Under the pieces are notes generated by a model that saw only the letters and a program-made list of their open reading frames with translations, was not told where the DNA came from and ran no database searches. The position numbers and the translations under genes were made by a program. A stretch of 64,000 nucleotides of DNA, taken from NCBI RefSeq assembly GCF_009834535.1, contig NC_045697.1:106146001-106210000 (forward strand), written 5' to 3'. The DNA is from Camelus ferus (taxonomy: Eukaryota). The number at the start of each line of letters is the position of its first letter. Positions within the stretch are counted from its first letter, which is position 1. This document shows, one piece after another, positions 52,560 to 64,000 of the stretch.

Positions 52560-53260
52560 AAGTATGTTAAAACCTATAATAAACTGCTAAAGAAAAGCTC
52601 AATGGTAAATTTATTTTTTAAAATCTTTGTTATTAAACAACAAAGATTAAAATGACTTTACATCTAAAAATCCTAAATAAAATAATAGTATGAAAAATCC
52701 AAGAGCATACTTAAATAATTAGCGAGGAACAAAGATTTAAGTTGGGAATGCAATTTGTCAAATAAAATGTGAACAGTCTCAATAGATATCAAAAGATATT
52801 TAATAAAATTGAAAAAAAAAACCCACCTCTTCATAAAGACATGTAGTAAACTAGGGAGAGAAGGATACAAACTTAAAATATATATCAATGGTAGATAATA
52901 ACATTAAAATAGTGAGAAAATAACAATATTGCATCATTATTATTATCTAATGTCTTAGAAGTTCTACTAGTTAGTGAAAAAAATCAAGGAAAAGGTATCT
53001 TAAATCACATCTTAAATGACAGATGTATAATTACGAAAAACATCACATCATTTTCAGGTGAAACGATTCCACACATATAAAACTCAAGATAAGCTAAAAA
53101 TTATTACAATTTGGGAGAGTAAAATATGGCTACTGATTATAAAATAAACATATAAAAATTGACAATCCTTATATATTCAAGAAAAACTAGCTAGAATACA
53201 TACTAGAAAAAGAATATGATTCAAAAAATTTTTAATTACTAACAAAACAGCTAGAAAAAA
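52560..53260 (+). mobile_element. Highly diverged L1ME ORF2 fragments
   Basis: tctcaatagatatcaaaagatatttaataaaatt (degenerate [11 protein letters not shown]) and tagtaaactagggagagaagg. Confidence 0.55.
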
Positions 53261-54143
53261 ATAAAAGCCTTTGTGTGTGTGTTTTTATGTGAGTAAGTCT
53301 GTGTACTGGAAGTAAGGCAAACATTGTCTCATAAATGATTGGAGTGTTAAGATGAATTTTAAGTAATCCATTTTAAAAATATGCCCTTCACTTTTCTCTG
53401 AAGGTCTGAGTCTCAGGATAGCCAGATTAAATCCATTAGCATGACTTTACTCTGACAGACTGAAGACAAATGTTCCTCTCACCTTAGTTAAAATGTTCTC
53501 ACTTTGAGAGAAACACAATAGCACAAAAAAATTCTCAAAACTTAAGAGCACAGTGACAGTTTTTTGGTGGCTTATTATACATAATTCAAAATATATTTCT
53601 TTTCTCCTGATTTGGAAGAATATTTTAATAAAGTTACCTCCTAGGTTGGAAGTATAGCAATTCCAAATAAAGAGTTATTCTAAATTGTTAAATTAAATTT
53701 GAATTACCCAATCTCCTTGTCTTTCTTGCCACATATTTCTATCTGTTTGGTTATTTTCCTTTGTGTATACATATTCTTAAGGGTTGAGTGAAATTCAACT
53801 AATCCTTAGGCTATTCCATACTGAAATAAGTTTTAAAAGGTATACTGTGGGGAAATTTGGAGTTAATTACACAATTCAATATTGTAAGTATTATTGTCCC
53901 ATATTATATCAATCCCTTAGGAAAAATTGCAATAATTGGCAGTTGACTACAACAGCTTACCTCTATACATTTACTCAACAATTATGTCTGCTTGCAGGCA
54001 AAAAATATTCTCAAAAAACCCAAAGATTTACCTTCTCTTTTATGTGCTTAGGATTTTCTCCAAATTCTGGAGACAAAATTAACACCATGCTATTTCATAT
54101 AGCAAAAAATGAACTCCAAATAAATGAGAATCTTTCTTGATGG

Positions 54144-54190
54144 ATTTTCCAAGGGAATACCGAATATCAAGTGGTATTCCCTTGGAAAAT
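54144..54190. repeat. Perfect 18-bp inverted repeat with an 11-nt spacer
   Basis: attttccaagggaatacc (54144-54161) and ggtattcccttggaaaat (54173-54190). Confidence 0.95.
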
Positions 54191-55004
54191 TACTTGGTAT
54201 TAATTTTTTTAAATAGTCGTTTAGAACTAAACCATTCTTTCAGTTTTGGGAGTTCATTTGGTAGTTTAATTTAGATTTCTCAATAACAGTAAAGAGGTCT
54301 ATAATTCGAGGTCTGTTTACTTATTATAGAAAAGTTAACATTAATCTGAATTCTTACAAAACAGGTTGGGTACAAGCTAATTAATGAATGGAAGAATTTA
54401 CTTATTTAACAAATGTCCAATTTACTGGCTTGATTTATTTATAAGTATCAATAGGTAATAATATCCCCAGTTAAAGCTGGTATAGTAAAAGTAATTTTTC
54501 TCTCCTTCTCTCCCATGATACTCCAAAGAAACATTTTTTAATCTACCAAAAATACAAGTGTATTTACATCTTTAATGAAACATGAGAATTACCATAACTT
54601 CCAATGACTGAAGAATATTTGGCAGAAACAATAAAATTCAGACCTAAATGAGAGAGAATGCCTGAAGCTGACACAGACTTCCTCAGCTCTCAAACAAGAT
54701 ATGTCTGAAAGGAAGAATCACTATTCTGAAAGACCCCTCCAGGGACATTTTAAGGGAGTGACAAGACTTATATGTGTGGATGGAACAAAGGAACTCAGTG
54801 CACACCACACCTCAGAGTGGCAGTTGAGGTGGCACTGAAGGAAGAAAGAATCACGTCTGTCTCACAAGCTTATTACATCCACCCAGTCCCAATGTCCCCT
54901 ATAGTCTCTATCACTGATAGCATCAAGTCCAAACATTTCATCAGCTCACAAGTCCCTAAATCATCTAAATGTCGTTCGTTATGGGTGAACCGCCCTATAT
55001 AATC

Positions 55005-56035
55005 CATTTAGCTCGTTCTTTCATTTGGAACATATTCCTCTGTTTCCTCATTTTGTCTGACTCTTTGTTTCTGTATATCAGGTAAAACAGATACCTGTCC
55101 CAGTCTTGAAGGACTGATCTAGGAAGACTTGAGGGGGTGGCGGGAGGGTGTTTCAGTCAGCTGTCTGCGCAGTGCTCTGAGGTGGTAGCCTGCCAAAAAC
55201 TGTCTCCAATTTTTTCAGTCCCATGGAGCCCAGAGCTAGGCATTCAAGGGGCATCCCCTGTGTGGACTATGCACACCCACCAGCTTTGGCAGGGCCATGG
55301 GGCAGTGCTAGGCCAGGATAAGCCTGCTCACCTGCTTCGGTGGAGCCATGGGGCAGGGCACACCTGTCCAGGGTTGACCCACCTGCTGGCTTTGGCAGGA
55401 CTGTAACAGGGCACTGGGAAAGGGTAGGCCTGCTGACACTAGCAAAATGAAGGGGGAGTGAAAAATGTCACCCACTAGAGCCCCTGTCCCTGGAGAGAGT
55501 TCCAAGAGACCCCTGCCCCTCTGGCAGGTGCTTTAAGATTATCAAATAAATCTCCACATATGTCTAGGCACTTTAAAAACTGCTGCTTTTGCACTGGATC
55601 TCAGAGCAAGTGAACTTGAGTGCAAGTCTTTTAACAGCAGAATCTCCATTTCTGACAGCGCTTTTGGCCTTCAGGATGTAAGCCTCACTGGTTTTCAAAG
55701 CCAGACATCCTGAGGGCTTGTCTCTCTGATAGAGGTCTGGGGTGTGTGACGTGGGGCTTGAACCCCTCAGTCCTCGGCTGGAAGCTCCGTATTTGTGAGG
55801 TCCCTCCCAATTGTGGTTTGCTACGCCAGGGGTAGGGTTTTTAGGGACACTGCAGTTCTGCCTCTCCTGCCCATCTTGATGTGGCTGTGGCCTTTTTATC
55901 CTTTGTTGTGGAAGGGGATTTTCAGCTAGTTTTCAAATCTTTTTCAGAGGGAATTGTTTAATATGTAGCTGCAGATTTGGTATGTCCATGGGAGAAAGTG
56001 AGTTCAGGATCCTCCTACTATCTTGAACTGTCCCC
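55005..56035 (-). mobile_element. Isolated L1 5' UTR plus the first ORF1 codons
   Basis: Minus strand begins ggggacagttcaagatagtaggaggatcctgaactcactttctcccatggacatacc, is GC-rich, and runs to an ORF1-like start MRKQRNMFQMKE (ATG at 55049-55051). Confidence 0.8.
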
Positions 56036-59004
56036 ACTAAATTTCTTAAAGTATTCTTTTAAAAGACACAGAACAATGCAGAATAATTCCTGATGAAGCT
56101 AAACTCCCATTTAGTAACATACATAGTATTTTAGCTGGACATACTGCTGTCTCTAACAATTTAGACGTTTGGTTACCAATGAAAAGGGGCAAGACCACAC
56201 ATGTACATATTTACAGTGTCTTTCCTTCATTCATTCTCCAAATGTATTAATGGCATTTGGAAAGAAGCTCTCATGAAATATTTTTTCTATAAATATATCA
56301 CTATACTGTTTCCTAGTTCTAAGTAAACATTTACCAATCAGGTTATCTAATAATTGTATTTAGGGAAAAAGTGATGTTTAGTGAAATATTTCTCACATTT
56401 GAGATTGGGTAAAGAGCAAAATCCCAGTGTTTTGTGGATGTTGCTTCTTGGAAATACAAGACAAGTTGGGTTATTTCCCCTTGGGTTTTTTGCAAAAGAG
56501 CAAGATTAATTGCTGGAATAAAGATAGGCTTACATAATTTATAACTGTGTATGTGGTCCACTGTGATGTATTTAATTTCTTTCATGAGATAACAAGCTTA
56601 AAGGATAAAGTAAATTAGAGACCTGCTATCTCTCTATTTTAATGGGGCTTTAAAGAAGATTGTGTAAAAAAAATTAAATGGAAATTAAAGAAAAACAGAT
56701 TAGCAAGGACTAAGATCAAATGGATTGGCAGAAATAATAAACAGATTGTTTTTAGTGTTCCATGGCAAATTGACAGCAGATATTAGTTAAATTGATAACA
56801 AATATGAGCCTAACATATTGTATTATCTTGAGGAAAAGGAGGAAACGTTAACATAATGTAGCTCAGAAAATGCATTGAGATTATCTTCAGAAATAGTACA
56901 AAGCAGAAGAAAAAACAGATAAATTTGACTACATTAAAATTAAGAGCTACTGTTTATCAAAAGACCACTTCCCCCCTAACCTCCACTTCCTTTTAGGTTG
57001 AAATACCCTTTATAAGCACAACCTGATAACACGATATGTAATCCACTGTGATTTTATCAGAGTCACATTGTTTTTTACCTTTAACCCTGAAGCACAGTCG
57101 AGATTTTGTTGACAACCAGCTCTTCCTAATGAACAATATAACCTGTAGATAGGCCCTCGGGGGCAATTCTTTTCTGCAATTCAGTGCAGCCTTCTTCTTG
57201 GCTCAAAAATTAACTAGATACAAGTGACTGAGAGAATGGTGGCTAAATGGTCAACATGGCTGTCAAGGTAAGGTCAATCTGTATTCCTGCAAAAGCTCAT
57301 GTAATTGTGTGTATGTCTGTGTTTAGATATGTGTATCTATAATAAATACCTGAGTTTTAACTATTTAACATAAGACACAGACTATGTATATAGTTATTTC
57401 TAACATATATTATCAAGTTTTTAAGTTTGTACACATTTGATACTCCAGGTATCTAATTTCAAAATTAGAACTGAAATCAATAAATTAAACCAGCCAACTG
57501 ATGGTTTAAAATATGATTGTAAAAAAGGAAAATGAGGTAAGTTATACAGCCTAACTTTTGAGTGAAAATGGTGAGTAAAGGGACTTGATTTAATAGTTCT
57601 GTTAAATGTTGCCAGTGCTTAAGGTAACTGTTATCATCAATGGACGGTAACATAAAGTTTCATGAGTTCAGAATTTGTATCTGTACTGTTGTTACTCTCT
57701 GTATTCCTTCATAAGAGGCTAACAGCTGCTTTCCTGATGATTTACCCCCATATCTGGGATCTTGATTCAAATTTTTAAGGGAAGGTTTATGTTTCAAGCA
57801 GCATGTTTTACCTAGGATATCACTTGGAAATAAAAAGGGAATATCTTTTTTTTTTTTTTTTCCTGAGAAATACAGCTGCCTATTCATTTGAGTTGTCATA
57901 TTATCCACTACTGCTCTGGTTTAATCTCCCATGAGATTTACATTATTGTTCCAAACCAAAGATTATTTCCTATTTATTCCTCCACAGTGTTAGCATCAGG
58001 TGCATTTCCCACCTTCACCCCTCCAAAAAAAATTTGACATTATTTTATCTAACTTTCAGAGGAATCACTAAGGACTTAAAAAAAAAAAGTGAGAATTATT
58101 ATATTCTGACATACAATATTTTGGATAAAATTATTATGTTACTGAATTAAATACTAAAAATACAGTTTAGAGATCTTTTTTTCTTTTCATTAGTTGTCAT
58201 GAGAAATTTGAGATGAGCCATTCATGCTCTCTTACTTGGTGACTCTTATGATCCCTGAGATGCATTTATAAGAATGCTGCCTTTAAAGAGGACTTCATTC
58301 TTGTGCAGTAGAACACAATGGATTCTTTATGTCAAGACAATTGGCCCATGAAATAATTGAATCCATATTGTTAGGTCTTTCTAATATGCTCCATTCAAAG
58401 AAGATAGTTTTGGCTCAAATATAAATAATACTATAAATAATACTTAAACTTTTGAACAATAATAAAAATATGTTTCAAGATTTATTTGCTTTTTAAAAAA
58501 GTGTTTATGATGTTAGGTGTCATTATAGTGGACAGTAAATTACATAGTCATGGGGGAAAACTTGAGATATTATTATAGCAAACTGAAACACAGGATTTTT
58601 TACATGGCACTAAGACCTTAATTTTAATAATCTCTGGAAGTAGTTGAAGAAAATAATGGGTTGTACACTTACTTATTAACTTTATAGTTACGGCTTTCAT
58701 GTTAAAAATACAAATTAAAGACATTATGTATTCTTCTAAATTGCACATATAAATGTATTTCCATGAAGCATTAATTTCAGTAGAACATTTCATTTGAGAA
58801 ATTCAGGGCAAAATATACTATTTTAAATTCTCTAAAAGTCAAGTCAGGATAATCAGTAACAATAATTTCTTAGAAACAGAATTATGAAGCCTGAGGATGG
58901 TTTATACTTTACATTCAGTAAATGAAATTCAAATGTTGTCAAAATGTTAAGTCCCCAACCAAAATGTTATTCCATGGCATTAACATAGCAGAAATCTAAA
59001 ATCA

Positions 59005-59230
59005 CTCATTTATTTATTGAGCAATTATGTGCTATATGCTGTTAAATATCATAGATAAAAAGTGAGCAAAGTGGTACTTGCCTTCATGAACCTAATGGTT
59101 TATTTGGAAATGAGATAGATAATAAGAAAATGAACAAATATATACAAATTATTAGCCATGTAAAAAAGGAAAATGGCATAGTTATACAAAAGTAAGTAAT
59201 ATGGTGAGTGGTAGAAGTAGAATGAATCAC
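59005..59230 (-). mobile_element. L2 3' end
   Basis: ctcatttatttattgagcaattatgtgc..gtgagcaaagtggtacttgccttcatgaacc. Confidence 0.6.
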
Positions 59231-60491
59231 TTTAGCTAAGTTTTAAAGAAATTGCTTCTCCAGAAATTGAAAGTACATTAATATTTATAGAAATTGAATT
59301 ATCAGATACCAATAAGATAAAATTCAAAATGTCTGGCATCCAATGAAAATTACCAGGCATACAAAGAAGCAACCCATACTGAGAAGAAAAATCAATCAAT
59401 CTAAACAGACTCACAAATAACACAGATAACAGAATTAATAGACAGTGATGTGAACATGATTATAACCATATTCCATATGTTCAAGAAGTTAGAGGAAAGA
59501 TTAAACATGTTAAACAGGAACATGAATGATATAATCAAAACTAAAATCAAACGTCTAGAGATGAAAAATATAATGTCTGAGGTGAAAAGTATATTTGATG
59601 TAATTAATGGCAGATTATGCACTACATATAAATAGTGATTGAAATTAAAGACATTGCAATAAAAGCTATGCAAAATGAAACAGGGAAAGAAGATTTAAAA
59701 AATATAAAGCATGTCATTGAACTGTAGGATCAACTTCAAGCAGCCTAGCATGTATGTAACTCAAAGCTCCTAAGCTGAAGAGCATAATAGGGAGAAAACA
59801 GAATATTTGAAGAAATAGGGTCAATTTTCTAAATTTAACAAAAACTGTAAACTCACAGGTCCAAGAAACTCAAAGAACCCAAGCAGAAGAAATATGAAGG
59901 AAACTACAGCAAGATACATCACAGTCAAATATAATAAAATTGGTAATAAATAAATAATCTTTAAAACATCCAGAGAAAAAAGACACATTATCTGCAGAGG
60001 AACAAATATAAGTTCTAGAAACAATGAGATTTCAACACTTCTCTCTAAATAATTGATAGAACACATAGAAAACCATTAAGGAAAAAGAGAAGTTGAATAA
60101 TAATAACTTAATTGATATTGAAAAAACACTTCAACCAACAGCATCATAATACACATTCTCTTCAAATACACACAGAACATATTCCACAATAGATTAAATC
60201 CTGGGTCAAAAAAAGTCTCAGTAAATTTCAAAAGATTCAAGTCATGCACAATACGTTCTAAGACTACAATGGAATAATGTGAAAAGTAAGTAACAGATCT
60301 CTGGAAAATCCTCAAATCTTTGGAAACTCCATAACATACATCTAAATAACTCCATAGTTAAAGGGCAAATTTTAAAACACTTTGAACTGAATGAGAATGA
60401 AAATATAAAATATTAAAATTTGTGGGCTTTCACTAAAGAAGTACTTTAAAATTTATAGTACTAAATGCCTATATTAGAAAAGAAATACTTC

Positions 60492-60877
60492 AGATACTAA
60501 CCCCTTGTGGGTTTTGTCATTTGCAAATATTTTCTCCCATTCCATAGGCTGTCTTTTCAATTTGTCAATGGTTTCCTTTGCTGTGAAAAGCTTTTAAGTT
60601 TAATTAGGTCCTATTTGTTTATTTTTGCTTTTTTTTTTTAACTTAGGATACAGATCCAGGAAAATATTGCTATGATTTATGTCAAAGAGTGTTCTGCTTA
60701 CTATGTATAAAATTGATAAGCAACAAGGATATATTGTACAGCATAGGGAATTATAGCCATTAATTTACAGTAACTTTTAATGTAGTGTAATCTGTAATAA
60801 TACCAAATCATTATACTGTATACTTAAAGCTAATATAATATTATACATCAACTTCAATGAAAAATATTACAAAATTT
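60492..60877 (+). mobile_element. Younger L1 with an inverted 5' segment
   Basis: 60492-60700 is an antisense ORF2 segment and 60701-60877 is a sense 3' UTR end. Degenerate TSD gaaaagaaatacttc / gaaaaaaaattcttc. Confidence 0.8.
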
Positions 60878-61834
60878 GAAAAAAAATTCTTCTCACACCA
60901 AAGAATCAATTTTCTGCTTTAACACTCTAGAAAAAAGAAACTTAAAATGAAACCCTAAAAATAGAGCAGAAAGGAAAAATTACAGGACAGAGCAGAAAAC
61001 AGTGAAATACAAAACAGAAACTCAATAGAGAAAAGTCAGTGAAACAAAGTTGATTCTTTGAGATCAGTAGAACTGATAAAAATTTTAGCCAAAAAAATGA
61101 GAATATAAAAAAATTTCCAGTATCAAGAATGAGAAAAGTGACACCACTACATCATCTACAGATGTTAAAATAGGGAAATGTTATGAATAACATTATGTCA
61201 ATAAATTTAACAACGTTGATGAAATCAATGAATTCCTTGAAAGACACAAATTAGTAAAGCTCACTCAAGAAGAAATAGTCTGTACCTATGAAAGAAACTG
61301 AATTTGTGATTAAACACCATCACAAAATAAAACAAAAAACTCCACAGCCAGATGGTTTCACTGGAGAATTCTACAAAATATTTAAAGGAGAAATGATAGC
61401 AGTTCTATGAAACATCCTCCAGATATTTGAATAAGAAGGATGCTTTCCAATTCATTCTATGAGTCAAAACTATTCCAATATAAAAATAAGGAAAAACTTT
61501 ACAAGAAAACTACAGAACAATATTTCTCAAGAACATAGATTCAAAAGTTCTTAACAAAATTTCAGCAAACTGAATTCCATAATATACAAAAAAGATAATA
61601 TACCATGAATTTATTTTAGAGATTTTGGCTTGAGAATGGATCAATCATATTCACCACATTATATAACCACATGTCATCTCAATAGATGCAGAAAAAGTAT
61701 TTAACAAAATCTAGTATTTTTTCCTGGTAACACTTCTGAACAAGGTAGGAACAGAAAGGAACTTCCTCAACCTGATAAGGTCATCTATGAAAAGCAAACA
61801 GCTAACATCATATTTAATGGTAAAAAACTGCATA

Positions 61835-62183
61835 CAATAGGCCCTCTGTATCCACAGGTTCCACATCTGTGGAATCAACTAACCATAGATCGAAAAATAC
61901 ACCCAACCAAATTCCATAAAGTTACAAAAAGCAAAACTTGAGTTTGTCATGCACTAGCAACTATTTATATAGCATTTACATTGTACTTACAACTATTTAC
62001 ACAGCATTTACATTATAGTAGGTATTATAAGCAGTCTAGGGACGATTTCAAGTATACAGGAGGATATGTGTAGGTCATTTGCAAACACTATGCCATTTTA
62101 TATAAGGGACTTGAGCATCCCTGGATTTTGGTATCTGCAGAGGGTTCTGGAATCAATTTCCCACAGATATCAAGGAACAACTT
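61835..62183 (-). mobile_element. MER2-like Tigger MITE
   Basis: 349 bp flanked by TA on both sides, with atataagggacttgagcatccctggattttggtatctgc and ggccctctgtatccacaggttccacatc. Confidence 0.88.
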
Positions 62184-62309
62184 TACTTTCCCCTTAAGGT
62201 CAGGAAGAATGCACAGATAAACATTCTCATCACTTTTTTTTAATACGGTTGTGGCTCTAGTTAGTGTCATAAGACCAGAAAAATAAATAAATAAAAAGCA
62301 TGTATCTTT

Positions 62310-62621
62310 GTTTTTTTGTTTTTGTTTTTGTTTTAAACATTTTTATTGATTTATAATCATTTTACAATGTTGTGTCAAATTCCAGTGTAGAGCACAATTT
62401 TTCAGTTATACATGAACATATATATATTCATTGTCACATTTTTTTCTCTGTGAGCTACCATAAGATCTTGTGTATATTTCCCTGTGCTATACAGTATAAT
62501 CTTGTTTATCTATTCTACAATTTTGAAATCCTGTCTATCCCTTCCCTCCCTCCACCCCTTGGCAACCACAAGTTTGTATTCTATGTCTATGAGTCTATTT
62601 CTGTTCTGTATTTATGTAAAC
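62310..62621 (-). mobile_element. Very young, short L1 3' UTR insertion
   Basis: (gttttt)n tail and a perfect TSD AGCATGTATCTTT at 62297-62309 and 62622-62634. Confidence 0.9.
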
Positions 62622-63479
62622 AGCATGTATCTTTGGAAGGAAGCAGTAAAACCATCTTTATTCACAGACTACATGTTTGTCTATGTAAAAAATTCTATGG
62701 AATCTATGAAAAGCTACTAGAACTAATAAATGAGGTTAGCAAGCTTGCTGATTAGAAGACCAATATAAAAAAAATCAGTTGTGTTTTCATATGCATACAA
62801 CAAAAAAATCTGATTTGCTATTAAAAATTATCATAAAATAAGAAATACGTAAAGACAAATTAGATAAAATACACGTAAAACTCAAACATTGAAAGCTACA
62901 AACACTGCTGAGGGAAATTAAAGAAATCCTAAATAAATGGAGAGCTGTATCATACCTATGGATCAGAAGATTCAATATTGTTAACATATCAGTTCTGCCC
63001 AAACTGATCTATTGGTCAATGCAATCCCAATCAATGTCCTAATAAGGTATTTTTGTAGAAATTAATGAGATGATTTTAAAATTCATATGGAAATGCAAAG
63101 TACCTAGAATAGCCAGAACAATTTTTAAAAAGAATATAGTTGGAAGTTTTATACTACCAAAGTTTAAGGCTTATTACAAAATTACAGTAATCAATACAGT
63201 ATGGTATTCACATAAAAATACACAAGTAGATCAACAGAACAGAATAGAAAGTCCAGAAATAGATCCAGACATATACGGTTGAATTGATGTTTGATAAAGA
63301 TACAAAGGCAGTTTAGGAAAGACGGTCTTCTTAACAAATGTCAAAACATCTTTAAGTAAGTACATTTAAATATGTGCAGTTAACTGTATGTCAATTAGGT
63401 TTCAATAAAACTGTTAAACAGCTTAAATGAAATAGGTTATTTTCTAGAAAAGTTTGATTTGAAGGAAAACATTAGAAAC

Positions 63480-63830
63480 TAAGTTTTAAAAGAGAAAGGG
63501 TGGGTAGAAAAGCTTTAAACAAACAGGAAATGGGATGTGATGAACTGGAAGTAAAAGAGCCAGGTGGCTGCATCATAGAGATTGTGAAAGGAGACTAGTG
63601 ATGAGAAAAACATCAGGCCTTGCAGACAATAGTTAATAATTGTTATATATATAATGGAAGGCCATAATAGAGTTTTAAGATTCTGGGTAATCTATGATTG
63701 ATGTTACATATTTAATAGACCCCTCTGATTCCTCTTTGCTGAAAAGCAATATTGGAAGGATAGAGATTGGCTAAGAGGCTATTTGCAGTAGTCCAGGCAC
63801 AAAGCAATGGGCTTTGTAAAAAGGGAGAAT
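63480..63830 (-). mobile_element. L2 fragments
   Basis: catcaggccttgcagacaatag..aatggaaggccataatagagttttaag..gaggctatttgcagtagtccaggc. Confidence 0.6.
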
Positions 63831-63844
63831 AGAGGGACAATCCA

Positions 63845-64000
63845 AAAATGACATTTAAGAAAACAATTCCATTTACAATAGTATAAAAAAGAAGAAAATA
63901 ATTAAAAATAAAGTTAATGAAGAAATGCAAGACTTACATACTAAGCACCACAAAAGAATGAATTTGGATGCCTACCTCACACCATATATAAAAATTAACT
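63845..64000 (+). mobile_element. L1 ORF2 fragment, continuing past the window end
   Basis: aaaacaattccatttacaatag..aagaaatgcaagacttaca..tacctcacaccatatataaaaattaact. Confidence 0.75.

Larger units (their letters stand above)
59260..63420 (+). mobile_element. Old, internally deleted L1 (ORF1, ORF2 and 3' end) hosting three later insertions
   Basis: ORF track 59450-59635 is ORF1-like (MFKKLEERLNMLNRNM) and 63070-63282 is ORF2-like (ILKFIWK..PRIA..LP.FK.YYK..VI.TVWY). It ends tgtcaattaggtttcaataaaactgtt. Confidence 0.88.

Noticed and set aside
53784..54140. 118-aa plus-strand ORF
   Set aside because: Non-ATG start and no recognisable protein; expected by chance.
56534..56596. 63-nt candidate minus-strand cassette exon (tttaag|CTTG..TTAT|gtaagc)
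   Set aside because: No recognisable homology, possibly an old LINE remnant, and joining it to the IQCM exon gives TAA at the junction. Such site pairs are common by chance.
1..64000. CRISPR array, operon, defence system or other novel multi-gene system
   Set aside because: This is mammalian intronic DNA with no spaced repeat arrays and no long intact ORFs.

Overview
AT-rich, CpG-poor mammalian genomic DNA, almost certainly from a camelid: a tRNA-Ala-derived Vic-1-type SINE lies at 21111 and the young L1 3' UTRs are of cetartiodactyl type. The window is intronic. It holds one recognisable coding exon, on the minus strand at 45772-45934, which matches my recollection of the penultimate exon of IQCM; its neighbouring exons were not found and presumably lie outside the window. 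Much of the rest is interspersed repeats (L1 of several ages, L2, MIR, CR1, MLT1 and ERV1-type solo LTRs, hAT and Tc1/mariner MITEs), often nested. I found no convincing new multi-gene system. The most notable observations are: (1) the IQCM exon is 163 nt, possibly one base longer than its orthologue, which would give an immediate stop; (2) a young 143-nt retrocopy of an unidentified polyadenylated RNA with a perfect 17-bp TSD; (3) a clean template-switch footprint that creates a perfect 18-bp hairpin; (4) a twin-primed inverted L1; (5) an isolated L1 5' UTR in the sense orientation of IQCM. Repeat family names come from recalled consensus sequences, not from a search, and old-repeat boundaries are approximate (tens of bp).
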